Shown in pieces: positions 50,584 to 60,927 of a stretch of DNA of 64,000 nucleotides. This DNA comes from an uncultured Verrucomicrobiae bacterium. Lineage in GTDB: Bacteria > Verrucomicrobiota > Verrucomicrobiia > Chthoniobacterales > JAFAMB01. How positions within the stretch are numbered: position 1 is the first letter of the stretch; every line of letters begins with the position of its first letter. Under the pieces are notes generated by a model, which saw only the letters and a program-made list of their open reading frames with translations, was not told the origin of the DNA and searched no databases. The position numbers and the translations under genes are program-made. The DNA is taken from assembly GCA_963762565.1 (NCBI GenBank), contig CAVXLD010000013.1:32001-96000 (forward strand), in the 5' to 3' direction.

Positions 50584-51699
50584 TCACCCTACAATTACCT
50601 CAATTGGAAGCAGGTGATTAATCACGTAGGTGTCGTAGTTCTCGTCATGCTTGTCAGGCTGAACGTGGCCATTGGCATCTTTGGCGCGGGAGAGCAATGT
50701 GTACTGCCCCGGCTTCTTCGGCGTAACCCAATCAAATTTCCAACGTCGCCACGCATAACGTTGAACAGAATCTATGAATTCTGCCTGGCCCCAGGTTTGG
50801 CCATTGTCAGTGCTTACCGAAACCTCTGTTACTTCGGTTTCACCGGTCCAGGCAGCGCCATACACTGTGTATGCCTGGTTCGGCGGAATCGTTTCATAAA
50901 CAGCTGGTCGAAAGATCTCGGACTTCAGCTTCATTTCCCCCAGCGGCCGTCGCACTGGTTTTTTATCCACATAATCCCAATACCCGTAATCTGATGTCTG
51001 CCAGTAACCCTGAAATGGTTCGCGTACAGCGTAAATCCTGGTCAACCACTTCACGGAAGCCATTGCATAATGACCCGGGACAATCGCGCGTACCGGGTAT
51101 CCATGATCCTGGGAGAGATCACGGCCGTTCATCTGGTAAGCGACCAGTACTTCTCGCTGAAGTGCTTTTGCTCTCGGCAAACTACGGGCATACGACACCT
51201 TTCCGGGAGGTAGCGCACCTTCCTTCGGTACTCCGCGATCAGCTCCTTCGAGCACGATCTCGCAAGCATCTTCTTCCAAACCGGCGCGCTCCAACAAAAC
51301 AGACAGAGGCACCCCGGTCCATGCTGCATTCCCGACTGCGCCGAGTTCCCACTGGGCGCCTTGAACCTGCGGAACGAGGAAGACCCGACTATTGCCGGCG
51401 CATTCCAAGATAGCGACGCGAGTCTCGGCCGGCATGTCTCGTAATTCCTGATAAGTTAGTGATAACTTACTCTTAACCGCGCCATCGATTTGCAGCCGGT
51501 AAGAAGCCACTTCTAGTCTCGGAGCCGCGGCGTGACTGCGCACGTAGAACAGCTCCGTCGGAATCAAAAACGAATCAACTTGGTCGACGGGAGTCTCCAG
51601 ATTGTTCGGCTCCTTCTGGCGAATGATAAGGCCGCTTGAAAAGGATTGCCGAGCTTTCTTGATTTCGTCTCTGGTGTAGTGCTTTTCGCTATTTTCCAT
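50584..51699 (-). CDS. Sulfite oxidase family molybdoenzyme
   Basis: FYVRSH, ILECAGNSR (Mo Cys), WTGVPL, HGYPVR, VKWL, dimerisation domain. Confidence 0.9.
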   Translation of the reverse strand: MENSEKHYTRDEIKKARQSFSSGLIIRQKEPNNLETPVDQVDSFLIPTELFYVRSHAAAPRLEVASYRLQIDGAVKSKLSLTYQELRDMPAETRVAILECAGNSRVFLVPQVQGAQWELGAVGNAAWTGVPLSVLLERAGLEEDACEIVLEGADRGVPKEGALPPGKVSYARSLPRAKALQREVLVAYQMNGRDLSQDHGYPVRAIVPGHYAMASVKWLTRIYAVREPFQGYWQTSDYGYWDYVDKKPVRRPLGEMKLKSEIFRPAVYETIPPNQAYTVYGAAWTGETEVTEVSVSTDNGQTWGQAEFIDSVQRYAWRRWKFDWVTPKKPGQYTLLSRAKDANGHVQPDKHDENYDTYVINHLLPIEVIVG

Positions 51700-52418
51700 A
51701 TCCTAATCCTCAATTGTTCACCCCGAATCGAAGCTGCTGTCTGATGGCTAAGGCCAAAGCAAATATGCTCATCTAAGAGGTGGGCTATCCGACAAGCGGC
51801 GGGAAGTTCTGGCGCGTCGCAAAGCTTTCGGCTTCAGCAGAACAAATCCGCGAACATGGCAAATTCTCCCGCTCTCGCGAATCAGTGTAGCCCGCTGGCT
51901 CGATATTGGATAGTAGGCTCGGACGGTTGCTGTTTGAATTATCATCAGGATAACCACTCCTTCCTTAGGAGTTTCGACAATTAGTAGTTTGGCATCGCGT
52001 GCGCTGGATTGCTATGGCTCAAAAGCAGGCTTATTGACTGCTCGGAAGGAGGATATGAGAGCGACCGAGCCGGAGCCGTCGAGGAGGAAAATGACAAATG
52101 ACAGATTTGAAAGCCGGCCGCGGCCGGCGCCTGCCAAAGGCATAATTCGGGAGGTCAACCCGCGCTTATCGGCAATGCTTGGAGTGTCCAGTTCGCGGAA
52201 ATTGAATCGGCGACAGAATCCCACGGAACGGCTAAAATCCGGCGCGAAAGTGTCGCTCCCAGATGGCAGATCCCGGGCGCGCCGAGCCGCCGTCGCTACG
52301 CTTTGGCGCGCCCTAACCTCTCGGCTTGACACACCATGAATCCAGCCGTGCCGAAGGTCTTGCGAAGTCGGGATTTTCGCCCTACCCGACGCGGCCCTCT
52401 CTTGCTCTGCGCACAGTC

Positions 52419-54749
52419 TTACTGGGACGGCGAAGGTTTGATCTCGACGACAAGGTGCTTCATCAGAGGCTGGTCGCTCTGAGCACTATAGTCGCCGATG
52501 GGACAAAGCACGTTCAGCTCCGGCATGTAACCCATCGCGCTACCCCGTGGTAGGTTATAGGGAATGGCGCGATATCCGCGCACATAGCGAGTGGAACCGT
52601 CCTTCGCAAAACTCGTCACGTCCACGAGGTCATATTTAATCAAGCCGCGGTCCTTCATGTCGTCCTTATTCATAAAAACCAACGTGCGCAGATTCTTGAC
52701 ACCCCGGTACCGATCGTCATCGGAATAAATGGTGGTATTCCATTGATCGTGCGAGCGCACGGTCCCGAGAAGCAGACGCCCCGGTTTAGGAGCGGCGTCG
52801 GCCAGCACGGGCGAGGAAAAGTTCGCGCGGCCCGTATCGGTCAGAAAAACTAGCTCGCGGGCTGGCTGCTTTAGCCGGAAACCGAGTGGTTGTCTCACCC
52901 GGCGATTGAAACATTCGAACCCCTCGAGCGCTTCGGCCATCTTGTCGCGAACACGATTGTAGTCGGCCGCGTAGTCTTTCCACGGGGTGGCGGTGTTGGG
53001 CAGAGACGCCTTTGCGATTCCGGCGATAATCGCCACTTCCGAACGCAGATGCGGCGAGCACGGCTGCTTCATGCCATATGACAGGTGCACCATGCTCATC
53101 GAGTCTTCGACAGTGATGCCTTGCAATCCCTCCTTGCCGTGGTCCTTTTCGGTCCGGCCAAGGCAGGGAAGGATCAATGCATCGCGTCCATGGATGAGAT
53201 GGCTGCGATTCAATTTCGTGCTGACTTGAATCGTGAGATCGCATTTCTGAACTGCCGCGAAGCTGTAGACAGTATCCGGCGTCGCCAGAACAAAGTTGCC
53301 GCCCATTCCGACGAAAACCTTCACATCGCCGCGCATCATCGCCGGAATGACCCGAACGGTGTCCAACCCATGCTCCCGGGGTGACTTGATGCCACACGCC
53401 TGGTCCAGACGGGCCAGCCAGCTCTCGTTAGGGCGGTGATCGATACCGCAGGTGCGATTGCCTTGCACATTCGAGTGGCCGCGTATCGGGCACGGCCCCG
53501 CGCCCTCGCGCCCAATATTGCCCCGCATCAGCAGCACGTTCAAGATTTCACGGACCGTGTCGACGGCATGCTCCTGCTGGCTGACCCCCAGACACCATGA
53601 AATGATGGCCGACCTGGATTGGCGATAGACTTCACCCAATGCATGGATCGGCGCGCGCTCCACTCCAGATTGGAGCTCGATGTCTTCCCACGAGGTATTC
53701 TTCAGCAACTTCTGATACGATTCGAAACCCGCCGTATGTCGCTCGATGAACCGCCAATCGACGGCGTTCGGATCCGTATCGGACGCTTCCAGAAGATGTT
53801 TCGCCACACCTCGCATAAGGGCCATGTCGCCGGCGATTCTGGGCTGGATGTTGAGCGTCCCAATCTTGGTCGGGTGGAAGAGCATCATGCTCGGGATCTC
53901 GTGCGGGACGATGGTGCTTCGCGATGCCGCCTCGATGAACGGGTTCACGTGCACGATCTGCGCGCCGCGGCGATATGCCTCCGCCAGCGAGGTCAGCATC
54001 CGCGGTGCGTTCGATGCGGCGTTGACTCCCATAACGATAAGGCAATCCGTCTTCTCCCAATCCACCAAGTCTACCGTCCCTTTTCCGGTGCCGATCCCAG
54101 CATTGAGTGCCCGGCCGCTTGCCTCGTGACACATGTTGGAGCAATCCGGAAGATTGTTGGTCCCCAACTCTCGAGCGAAAAGCTGATAAAGAAAGGTCGC
54201 CTCGTTACTTAGCCGCCCCGAGGTGTAGAAAGCAGCTTGGTTCGGATGATCAAGGCCGCGAATATGCCGCCCCGCGAGTTCGAAGGCTTCATCCCAACTA
54301 ACCGGCACATATTTGTCCGAAGCCGCGTCGTAGCGCATGGGCTCTGTTAGCCGTCCGGCCGCCTCGAGCGCATAATCTGTCCACCCCATCAACTCCTTCA
54401 CAGTGTGCGTTGCGAAAAAATCGCGTTCCACTAATTTGCGCGTCATTTCCCAGGTCGCATGCTTGATGCCGTTTTCGCAGATGTCCATGCGCAATCCCTT
54501 GCGGTCGTCCGGCCATGCGCATCCAGGGCAGTCGTATCCGCCGTTCTCGTGATTCATCTTAAAGACGGCACGAGTGCCGTCGATCAACTCGCCCTGGTTA
54601 ATGAGCACCTTCGAGACGCTAATGGCGGCGCCCCAACCGGCGGCGGGATGGTGATAATCTTCTTGCGAGAAGTCCCCTCCCCGATTGGGCCCAAAGCCGA
54701 TTGCTGGCCTGGTTCCGTTTGATTGATTGGATTCAGTATGTGTGGGCAT
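52419..54749 (-). CDS. FdhF/YdeP family oxidoreductase
   Basis: GYDCPGCAWPD, CENG, YTSGR, TNNLPDCSNMCHE, RGHSNVQG, RSHDQWNTTIY; start ATG 54749. Confidence 0.92.
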   Translation of the reverse strand: MPTHTESNQSNGTRPAIGFGPNRGGDFSQEDYHHPAAGWGAAISVSKVLINQGELIDGTRAVFKMNHENGGYDCPGCAWPDDRKGLRMDICENGIKHATWEMTRKLVERDFFATHTVKELMGWTDYALEAAGRLTEPMRYDAASDKYVPVSWDEAFELAGRHIRGLDHPNQAAFYTSGRLSNEATFLYQLFARELGTNNLPDCSNMCHEASGRALNAGIGTGKGTVDLVDWEKTDCLIVMGVNAASNAPRMLTSLAEAYRRGAQIVHVNPFIEAASRSTIVPHEIPSMMLFHPTKIGTLNIQPRIAGDMALMRGVAKHLLEASDTDPNAVDWRFIERHTAGFESYQKLLKNTSWEDIELQSGVERAPIHALGEVYRQSRSAIISWCLGVSQQEHAVDTVREILNVLLMRGNIGREGAGPCPIRGHSNVQGNRTCGIDHRPNESWLARLDQACGIKSPREHGLDTVRVIPAMMRGDVKVFVGMGGNFVLATPDTVYSFAAVQKCDLTIQVSTKLNRSHLIHGRDALILPCLGRTEKDHGKEGLQGITVEDSMSMVHLSYGMKQPCSPHLRSEVAIIAGIAKASLPNTATPWKDYAADYNRVRDKMAEALEGFECFNRRVRQPLGFRLKQPARELVFLTDTGRANFSSPVLADAAPKPGRLLLGTVRSHDQWNTTIYSDDDRYRGVKNLRTLVFMNKDDMKDRGLIKYDLVDVTSFAKDGSTRYVRGYRAIPYNLPRGSAMGYMPELNVLCPIGDYSAQSDQPLMKHLVVEIKPSPSQ

Positions 54750-54801
54750 GTACAGGTTGGGTTGGTTGGAGGTTTCGATCGGTTCGGCCGGCCTTGAGGC
54801 G

Positions 54802-55077
54802 TCAACGGTGTTCTTGGCCTTTGAAAATTTGAAAGAGGTAAAAAAGAGATGGCAGCAGGACGACCGCACCTGCTCCAAGGGCCAGCAATAGAAGCTTTAG
54901 GGTCGATTCTGGTGCAGCGGCGGCCGGATTCAGCATTGCAGTGATTGGATCAATATTGACTACCTGCCCTTTGACAACGTCAAACCCGGCCGGCGCGTTC
55001 ATCCAGGAGTTTGCTAACACGACGAAAACGGCGGAGAGAACACCGCTCACGGCAACCACAATTCCGGCCAGCCAATG
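54802..55077 (-). pseudogene. cydA-cydB deletion-fusion remnant (cytochrome bd oxidase)
   Basis: LSAVFVVLANSWMNAPAGF..DP..AMLNPAA (CydA) joined in frame to AAPESTL..LGAGAVVLLPSLFYLFQIFK (CydB C-terminus). Confidence 0.75.
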
Positions 55078-55555
55078 CTATTGCTTTCCATTCATAGTTT
55101 TCTCTGGTCGTGTTGCCGGGGCTTCATGAGAGGGGTGCCGGTTCTCGCATCCGACTCGGGCTATTATCCGCGCTCTGGCATGCTACCCCTCACGCGAAGC
55201 TCCTGCATCAAATTTGCGCCCTCAATTTGCCGAAATAGTGCACCCGATTCTATGGCTACAACAGATGATTATTCACTACTCGATTGAGCTGTGCCGAATT
55301 ACCTCAGGAGAATCAAAAAAAGGCTGCCGTCAGTTAGCATCCTCTTCGAATTTCCGATGAGCTATCCCCATTTCCACGACGGTAACCGTGACCGTCAGCA
55401 GGTTACAACTTGCGTAGACCTGGCCGTGCATGGCGAGTCCGGCGCAGACTTCGCCTCCCTAGCTAAGAAAGGGTGAAGTTGGCTTGAGACAAGTCAATTG
55501 GTCGAGCTTGCCAGTCACTTCAAGGTAAGAAACCGTGGCGGCTGAAACTCTTTCC

Positions 55556-55897
55556 TCACTTCGTTCGGAGAATATCTTCAACCCACGACATTGCTGCCAT
55601 GGTACTAGGAAAACCAATCGTCGTGATTGCCAGCACTCCCACGTGCCGTAGCTCATCGGGAGGACAGCCTACCTCCAACGCACGACGCGTATGACTATGC
55701 ACGGCCCCCTCTCGCAACGCGCCAACGGCGATTGCCAGCTTCACGAGCGCGCGGGTTTTGCTGTCCAACGGTCCAGCTGACTGGGTTGCTTCACCGAGCG
55801 CCTCGACGGCCTGCATCACGGTGGGATAACTCTTCTCGAAGTGCTGATACCGCGCTGGCTTCTGAGTCTTTGATTTTGCAGCGGAAGGCTTTTTCAT
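55556..55897 (-). CDS. Carboxymuconolactone decarboxylase (CMD) family protein
   Basis: GPLDSKTRALVKLAIA, EGAVHSHTRRA, TTIGFP. Confidence 0.85.
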   Translation of the reverse strand: MKKPSAAKSKTQKPARYQHFEKSYPTVMQAVEALGEATQSAGPLDSKTRALVKLAIAVGALREGAVHSHTRRALEVGCPPDELRHVGVLAITTIGFPSTMAAMSWVEDILRTK

Positions 55898-56209
55898 AGG
55901 TTAGTCGGTTACGTTTCAATCCTGCCCAAAAAGGGTATGGGAGCCAATTGGAATTGCAAAAAATGCGTGGTTCTTACGATTCGACTTGCTAACGCCGGCA
56001 TCGCTCAATTGGGTCACGGAGAAACGCTCTTGGGCGCAATGGTTTAACGGCGGGCGCCTGTATAGCTTTGCCTGCGAAGTCGAACCTGGTAGCGACCGAC
56101 AACGGTGGACCCACGACCAGCACCGCAGAGAGTCCGCTTACCTACGAAAAAAACGAAAGTCTTTTGTGACGACAAAACCAGTGCGATAAGTCTAGAAGGC
56201 TCATCACGG

Positions 56210-57667
56210 ATGAGAAGACGACGAATCATTTGCGTCGCGCTACTCGGTTTCAGCGGCGCCTTTGTAGGCATGGCCTTGCGATACGACTACGCCAGCGCGG
56301 ATGTATTGGGCGGGCCGCTTCCTCCTCCAGCGCTGCCGCGGGAAATCATCCGGCTGACCCCAGTGGAAAAACTCGGGCAGTTGATGCTCTACGACAGCAC
56401 GCTGTCGAATCCTCCGGGTTACTCCTGCGCCACCTGCCACGTCCCAGAGACTGGTTTTACCGGGCCCAACTCGGAAATCAACGCGTTCTCAGGCCCACAG
56501 CCAGGAGTCGTGCCCGGGCGCTTCAGCGATCGCAAACCGCAGAGCTATCTTTACGCAGCGTTCAGTCCCGAGGGGCCCTACTATGACCGCGGTCTACGGA
56601 CTTGGCTGGGCGGCAACTTCTGGGATGGCCGGGTGCCGGACTTGGCCGAGCAGGGGCTGCAACCACCCATCAATCCCAACGAGATGGCCAACACCCCTGA
56701 GGGACCTTACCCTCCCGCTATGGGAGGATACAGTCCGCTCCTCGTTCAGAAGCTCGCCAATCGGCCATATACCCCGCTATTCAAGCAGGTGTACGGTGAA
56801 AACGTCTTTCAAGTCGATACCCCGAAGCAGATCTACGAACTTTTCGGTGAAGCACTCGCCGCCTACCAATCCTCGGGAGAAGTCTGTGCGTTCAGTTCGA
56901 AGTACGACGCCTCTAAGTATGGCTCGCCACCGAGAAACCTGTACACACTCTCTGCGTCCGAGGAACGCGGAAGACAATTGTACTTCGGCCAGGCCCAATG
57001 CTTTCAGTGCCACTCCTCTGCAACGGTGCCTGGGATACAGGCCACTACGCAGGGGAAAGACACGTTTACCATGTACTGCTACGCGAATATCGGCGTCCCG
57101 AGGAATCCGGAGAACCCCTACTACCAACAGACCGACAAGCAGTCCAATCCACATGGGTACAACTCACTCGGGACCAAGTACATCGATTACGGTCTCGGAG
57201 CCAACCCCAATCCGGCTCCCGACGGGACCAGGTTCTACAAAGATGTTCCGGGTGACATTCCCGAGTTCCGTGGGCTCTTCAAGGCACCGAGTATGCGCGG
57301 CGAGGATAAGCGGCCGTCGCCGGATTTCGTAAAAGCCTACATGCACAATGGCATTTTCAAGAGTCTCAAAGATGTAATTCGCTTCTACAACAAGCGGAAC
57401 ATTGCCGCGGACGCCAGCGGCAAGGAGATCGCTTTTGATCTCCGGAAAGGCCCTCCGTCCGGCTACACGCCGCTCTTCCCGCCGCCCGAGGTCCTCGACA
57501 ACGTGCAAAACGTCATGGGAATGCCGCCTTCCCAGGCGACAGCCGCCATCGAGTCAAACGGTCAGGTCGGCAATCTCCAGCTCAGTGCCCAACAGGAGGA
57601 GGACCTCCTTAACTTCATCAGGATCCTCTCCGATGGCTATACCAAACCAACCCCCGTCTCCCCCTGA
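56210..57667 (+). CDS. Di-heme cytochrome c peroxidase (bCcP/MauG superfamily)
   Basis: CATCH and CFQCH, FWDGR, NPNEM, FKAPSMR, YMHNG; signal peptide; start ATG 56210. Confidence 0.9.
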   Translation: MRRRRIICVALLGFSGAFVGMALRYDYASADVLGGPLPPPALPREIIRLTPVEKLGQLMLYDSTLSNPPGYSCATCHVPETGFTGPNSEINAFSGPQPGVVPGRFSDRKPQSYLYAAFSPEGPYYDRGLRTWLGGNFWDGRVPDLAEQGLQPPINPNEMANTPEGPYPPAMGGYSPLLVQKLANRPYTPLFKQVYGENVFQVDTPKQIYELFGEALAAYQSSGEVCAFSSKYDASKYGSPPRNLYTLSASEERGRQLYFGQAQCFQCHSSATVPGIQATTQGKDTFTMYCYANIGVPRNPENPYYQQTDKQSNPHGYNSLGTKYIDYGLGANPNPAPDGTRFYKDVPGDIPEFRGLFKAPSMRGEDKRPSPDFVKAYMHNGIFKSLKDVIRFYNKRNIAADASGKEIAFDLRKGPPSGYTPLFPPPEVLDNVQNVMGMPPSQATAAIESNGQVGNLQLSAQQEEDLLNFIRILSDGYTKPTPVSP

Positions 57668-57736
57668 GGCCCTTGGTGACCTTGAAGCGCACCGGGCAAG
57701 TGTCGTGGGCTGCCCCGCAGTGGCACCAGAAGTTAG

Positions 57737-57756
57737 CCCAGGGTTTTAACCCTGGG
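57737..57756. repeat. Palindromic repeat family C
   Basis: CCCAGGGTTTTAACCCTGGG. Confidence 0.6.
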
Positions 57757-58232
57757 GTAAGTTCTATAGTCCCCTCGGGAAGTCCATCTTAACAAAGTTA
57801 GGTGCAGTGGGCAGAACCGAAGCGATTGCGATCGCTTTCGAACGAGGATTGGTCCGGCCTCGTTAGTTGGACTCGATCGGCAGACGCAGCAAAGAAGTTC
57901 TTCCGGGTTTTGCGTGGGATCTTGTGACCGCTGCTAAATGATTCTCCCGGGTCTAGCGCAAGAGTTATCAGGTGACTAGGAAAGAGAATTCTCGGCGCAT
58001 GCCAGCCAAGAAAAAGCCTGCTTTTTCAGGACGCCGCAGTAAGCAGAAAGCGTGAATCATCACGCGGGTCAAAGAAAAACCGCTAGCAGAGACGGCTGGT
58101 CGGGAGAGATTATTAGACATAGCGAGTGATAGCTGACCGTTTAGGCTGTTGGCCGAGCGGGGTTCGCTCTTAGAAAAGTAGAATGGTCGGCGACTATTTT
58201 TCATCTGCTTCCTCGAAGGTAAATTCCGAGGA

Positions 58233-59492
58233 CTACACGATTTCGAGTTTTCCGTCGGGAATCTTGGCCAAGGTCGCCTTATCGAAGCCAAGGTGCGCCC
58301 GGACCATTTGCGCAGGCAGTCGCCGCAGCCATTGGTTAAGTGAGACGTCCTCGAAAACGTCAGTGGCGAGCATCTCCAGGAATACCGCGTCCGTCTCCCC
58401 GGTGTTCTCAATATAATGCGGAGCGTTCGAGGGAACATAGCCGACGTCGTTTGCGTTGAAGTCAACTGTATGAGCGTTGTCGTAGGGGAAAAAGACCGTC
58501 ATCCGTCCCTTGCCGGCGATCCAGTACTGCCACTCCGAGGAGTTCGGATGCCAATGCAGCTCGCGCAACCCGCCGGGCTTGAGCGTAACCAAGGCTGCAG
58601 CGAGTTTGACGAGCGGGAAGTTGCGAGAATCGACGATCCGCACCTCGCCTTTTTCAGTGGCACTGGTCGGAGCCATGGATTTCATCTTGAAAGTGGCTTG
58701 AAAGGACGAGGCCACCGCGCTGCCGCCAATCTCCTCCTTGTCCTGAGCCACCGTGTTGGCTGGCACCGTACCAGGGAAGATATAAAGCGCGTCGGTCGGA
58801 AGCTTGGCCAGGGCCGCGCGATCGAGGCCGAAGTTTTTCATCAGCACCTCGGTTGGCGTGTGCGCCATCCATTCCGAGAGCAGCATGGTGCCGTTTTCCG
58901 AGAAGTCGCCCTGGTTGAACACAAGCAGGAACTCGGTGCCATCAGGCTCGAGTCCCTGAATTGAATGGGGATGTCCGGCTGGGAAAAGCCAGAGGTCACC
59001 TTCGCTAACGTCGCCGATGAACATCTTCCCGTCGGGATTCATCACCGTGACGCGGGCTTTTCCGTACAGCACGTAGGCCCATTCATCGGCAGTGTGCCAG
59101 TGGAGCTCGCGATAGCTTCCGGCAGTCAGGCGCATGTTGACGCCAGCAATATCCTTCGAGGAAGGTAGTACGCGCTCGGTCACCTCATGGGTCCAACCGC
59201 CTTCCTCCACACGCTTCTTGACCAAATCAAAGGAATACCATAACGGAACCACGTCACCATGATCTGTCGGCGGCGGCGTATTCGAATCAGGATTTTCGTC
59301 CAAGAGTGGTTCGTTTTCCGGACCTGGATCACTGGAAGAGTGGTCGTGTTCGGCTGCCCGCGTGCTAGGTCGCTCTTGCCCACGCACTACTGCGGCTCCC
59401 GCTAACGCCGTCATCGCCACGGCTGAGCCGGTCCTCAGAAAGTTCCGGCGCGAAAGCGCTTTCAAAATGATGTCATATTGCTTTGCATTCAT
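58233..59492 (-). CDS. oxdC: Oxalate decarboxylase family bicupin with Tat signal
   Basis: Two RELHWH..EW cupin sites, HSIQGL, FSENGT lid, HYIEN; SRRNFL; start ATG 59492. Confidence 0.88.
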   Translation of the reverse strand: MNAKQYDIILKALSRRNFLRTGSAVAMTALAGAAVVRGQERPSTRAAEHDHSSSDPGPENEPLLDENPDSNTPPPTDHGDVVPLWYSFDLVKKRVEEGGWTHEVTERVLPSSKDIAGVNMRLTAGSYRELHWHTADEWAYVLYGKARVTVMNPDGKMFIGDVSEGDLWLFPAGHPHSIQGLEPDGTEFLLVFNQGDFSENGTMLLSEWMAHTPTEVLMKNFGLDRAALAKLPTDALYIFPGTVPANTVAQDKEEIGGSAVASSFQATFKMKSMAPTSATEKGEVRIVDSRNFPLVKLAAALVTLKPGGLRELHWHPNSSEWQYWIAGKGRMTVFFPYDNAHTVDFNANDVGYVPSNAPHYIENTGETDAVFLEMLATDVFEDVSLNQWLRRLPAQMVRAHLGFDKATLAKIPDGKLEIV

Positions 59493-60691
59493 ACTGATTT
59501 CGTAATTTCCTGTATTCCAACTCAACCGCCTGCTTCTACCTAACCCGGCGACTGCTTTCTCGCGGAATGACTTAAGCTAGTCAGGCGTCGGCCCCAGCTT
59601 AGGCTCGAACCGTATCTCGGGGCAATGACTCGCACGAGTGGTTAGTATTAACTCCTAATGGTAAGTCCTATAAAGAGATCAAACTACTAACTTGGGCGAT
59701 TATCAACTAACGGGACCTTTACCAGCGATAGCCTTCAGACGACGCGTTAGATCAACGGATGCGTCTTAATTGAATGAGTAGCCCTTTGCCGACGCTCTTG
59801 ATTAGTTCGGCTGCAGCTCCCATGGTTCGGCGGCCATCTTTGCTGCAGAATTTGGGTATTAGCGAGAAGAACCCTGGCGCCTGTCCGCCTTTGGCGGAGA
59901 TCTTATCCAGACCTTTAGGAACGGCCCGCGCGAAACTAGGCCCAGCAATTCAGGCTCGATGTTCCCCAATACCTGGGTCAGCGAACCTGAGGAATCTCTT
60001 TCCCCGTCCGATTGATGACATCGATTAGGTGCTCCCCCGCTTCTGCATCGTGGCTGACTCCGTCGATAATTAATTTCACCATGTAAATAGCGTTTCCAAA
60101 CTCAGGTGCGATTAGTACTCATCCTCAGTTACTTATTTGAGGAGATGCTTGATAACTGTCCTATCTAGCCAATACTGACACCGCTACCCACCGATGCATC
60201 AATTGCGCCTCCGAGTCCTTTTTTTTAGCTCGAAGGCGTAGTCATTTTCGATTGATCGAATTTTCTCCGATAAGACTTTAGAGTCACGGCTGTTCATCCT
60301 CTTGGCGGATGGTGGAAGGGTTCGCGACTAGTAGATTCGTTAGTACTATGAAGATGTCTACAAACCGGTCGGCTGCCGTAATAGCCGAAATGAGTAAGTT
60401 CCTAGTTCTTTCCGGCGCGGTCCTGGCGTTGGTGCTTTGGCAATTTGCGGCGGCGCCAATTCCGAAAGGTTGATATCCGTTTTCGAGGTTTTTCAGGCGA
60501 GCGAAGCGGTTTTGCCTCGCTAGCCAAATCGAGGCTGTCAATGCGTGCGGCCGGGAGCCATAAAGCTCTCGGCCGCCCGCGCGCGGTTCTTCCAGGCTTG
60601 GTGTAGGACCAATCAGGGAGTCGGGCTGCTAAACCATGAAATGGTTAAACAGAACAGCCTAGGGAACACGGGCCGATCGTAAGCCCACGGA

Positions 60692-60901
60692 CCTGGAGGG
60701 GAGCCGCTTTACAAGATGGCAGCTCTATCGGTTGCTAGCAGGCGGCTCCCGGGAATGACCCAGCGCAATGTTTTGCACATCGCGTCTAATGCCCGCAGCG
60801 GATACAACGGCCCATAGAACTGCGACACCTCGAGACGTTCCCGGGAGCCGCCTGCTGCCAACCCATAGAGCTGCAATGCTACAAAGCGGCTCCCCTCCAG
60901 G
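60692..60901. repeat. REP/REPIN-like element, family B
   Basis: Same 18-bp terminal IR as 7804-8092; inner arm shares 27 identical nt with that copy. Confidence 0.85.
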
Positions 60902-60927
60902 CTCGGTGTGGGTGCAATATTTTCCGT

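Noticed and set aside
60303..60325. TGGCGGATGGTGGAAGGGTTCG as a reverse tRNA 3' remnant (att site)
   Set aside because: It lacks a proper T-arm and does not match the tRNA-Ala end.
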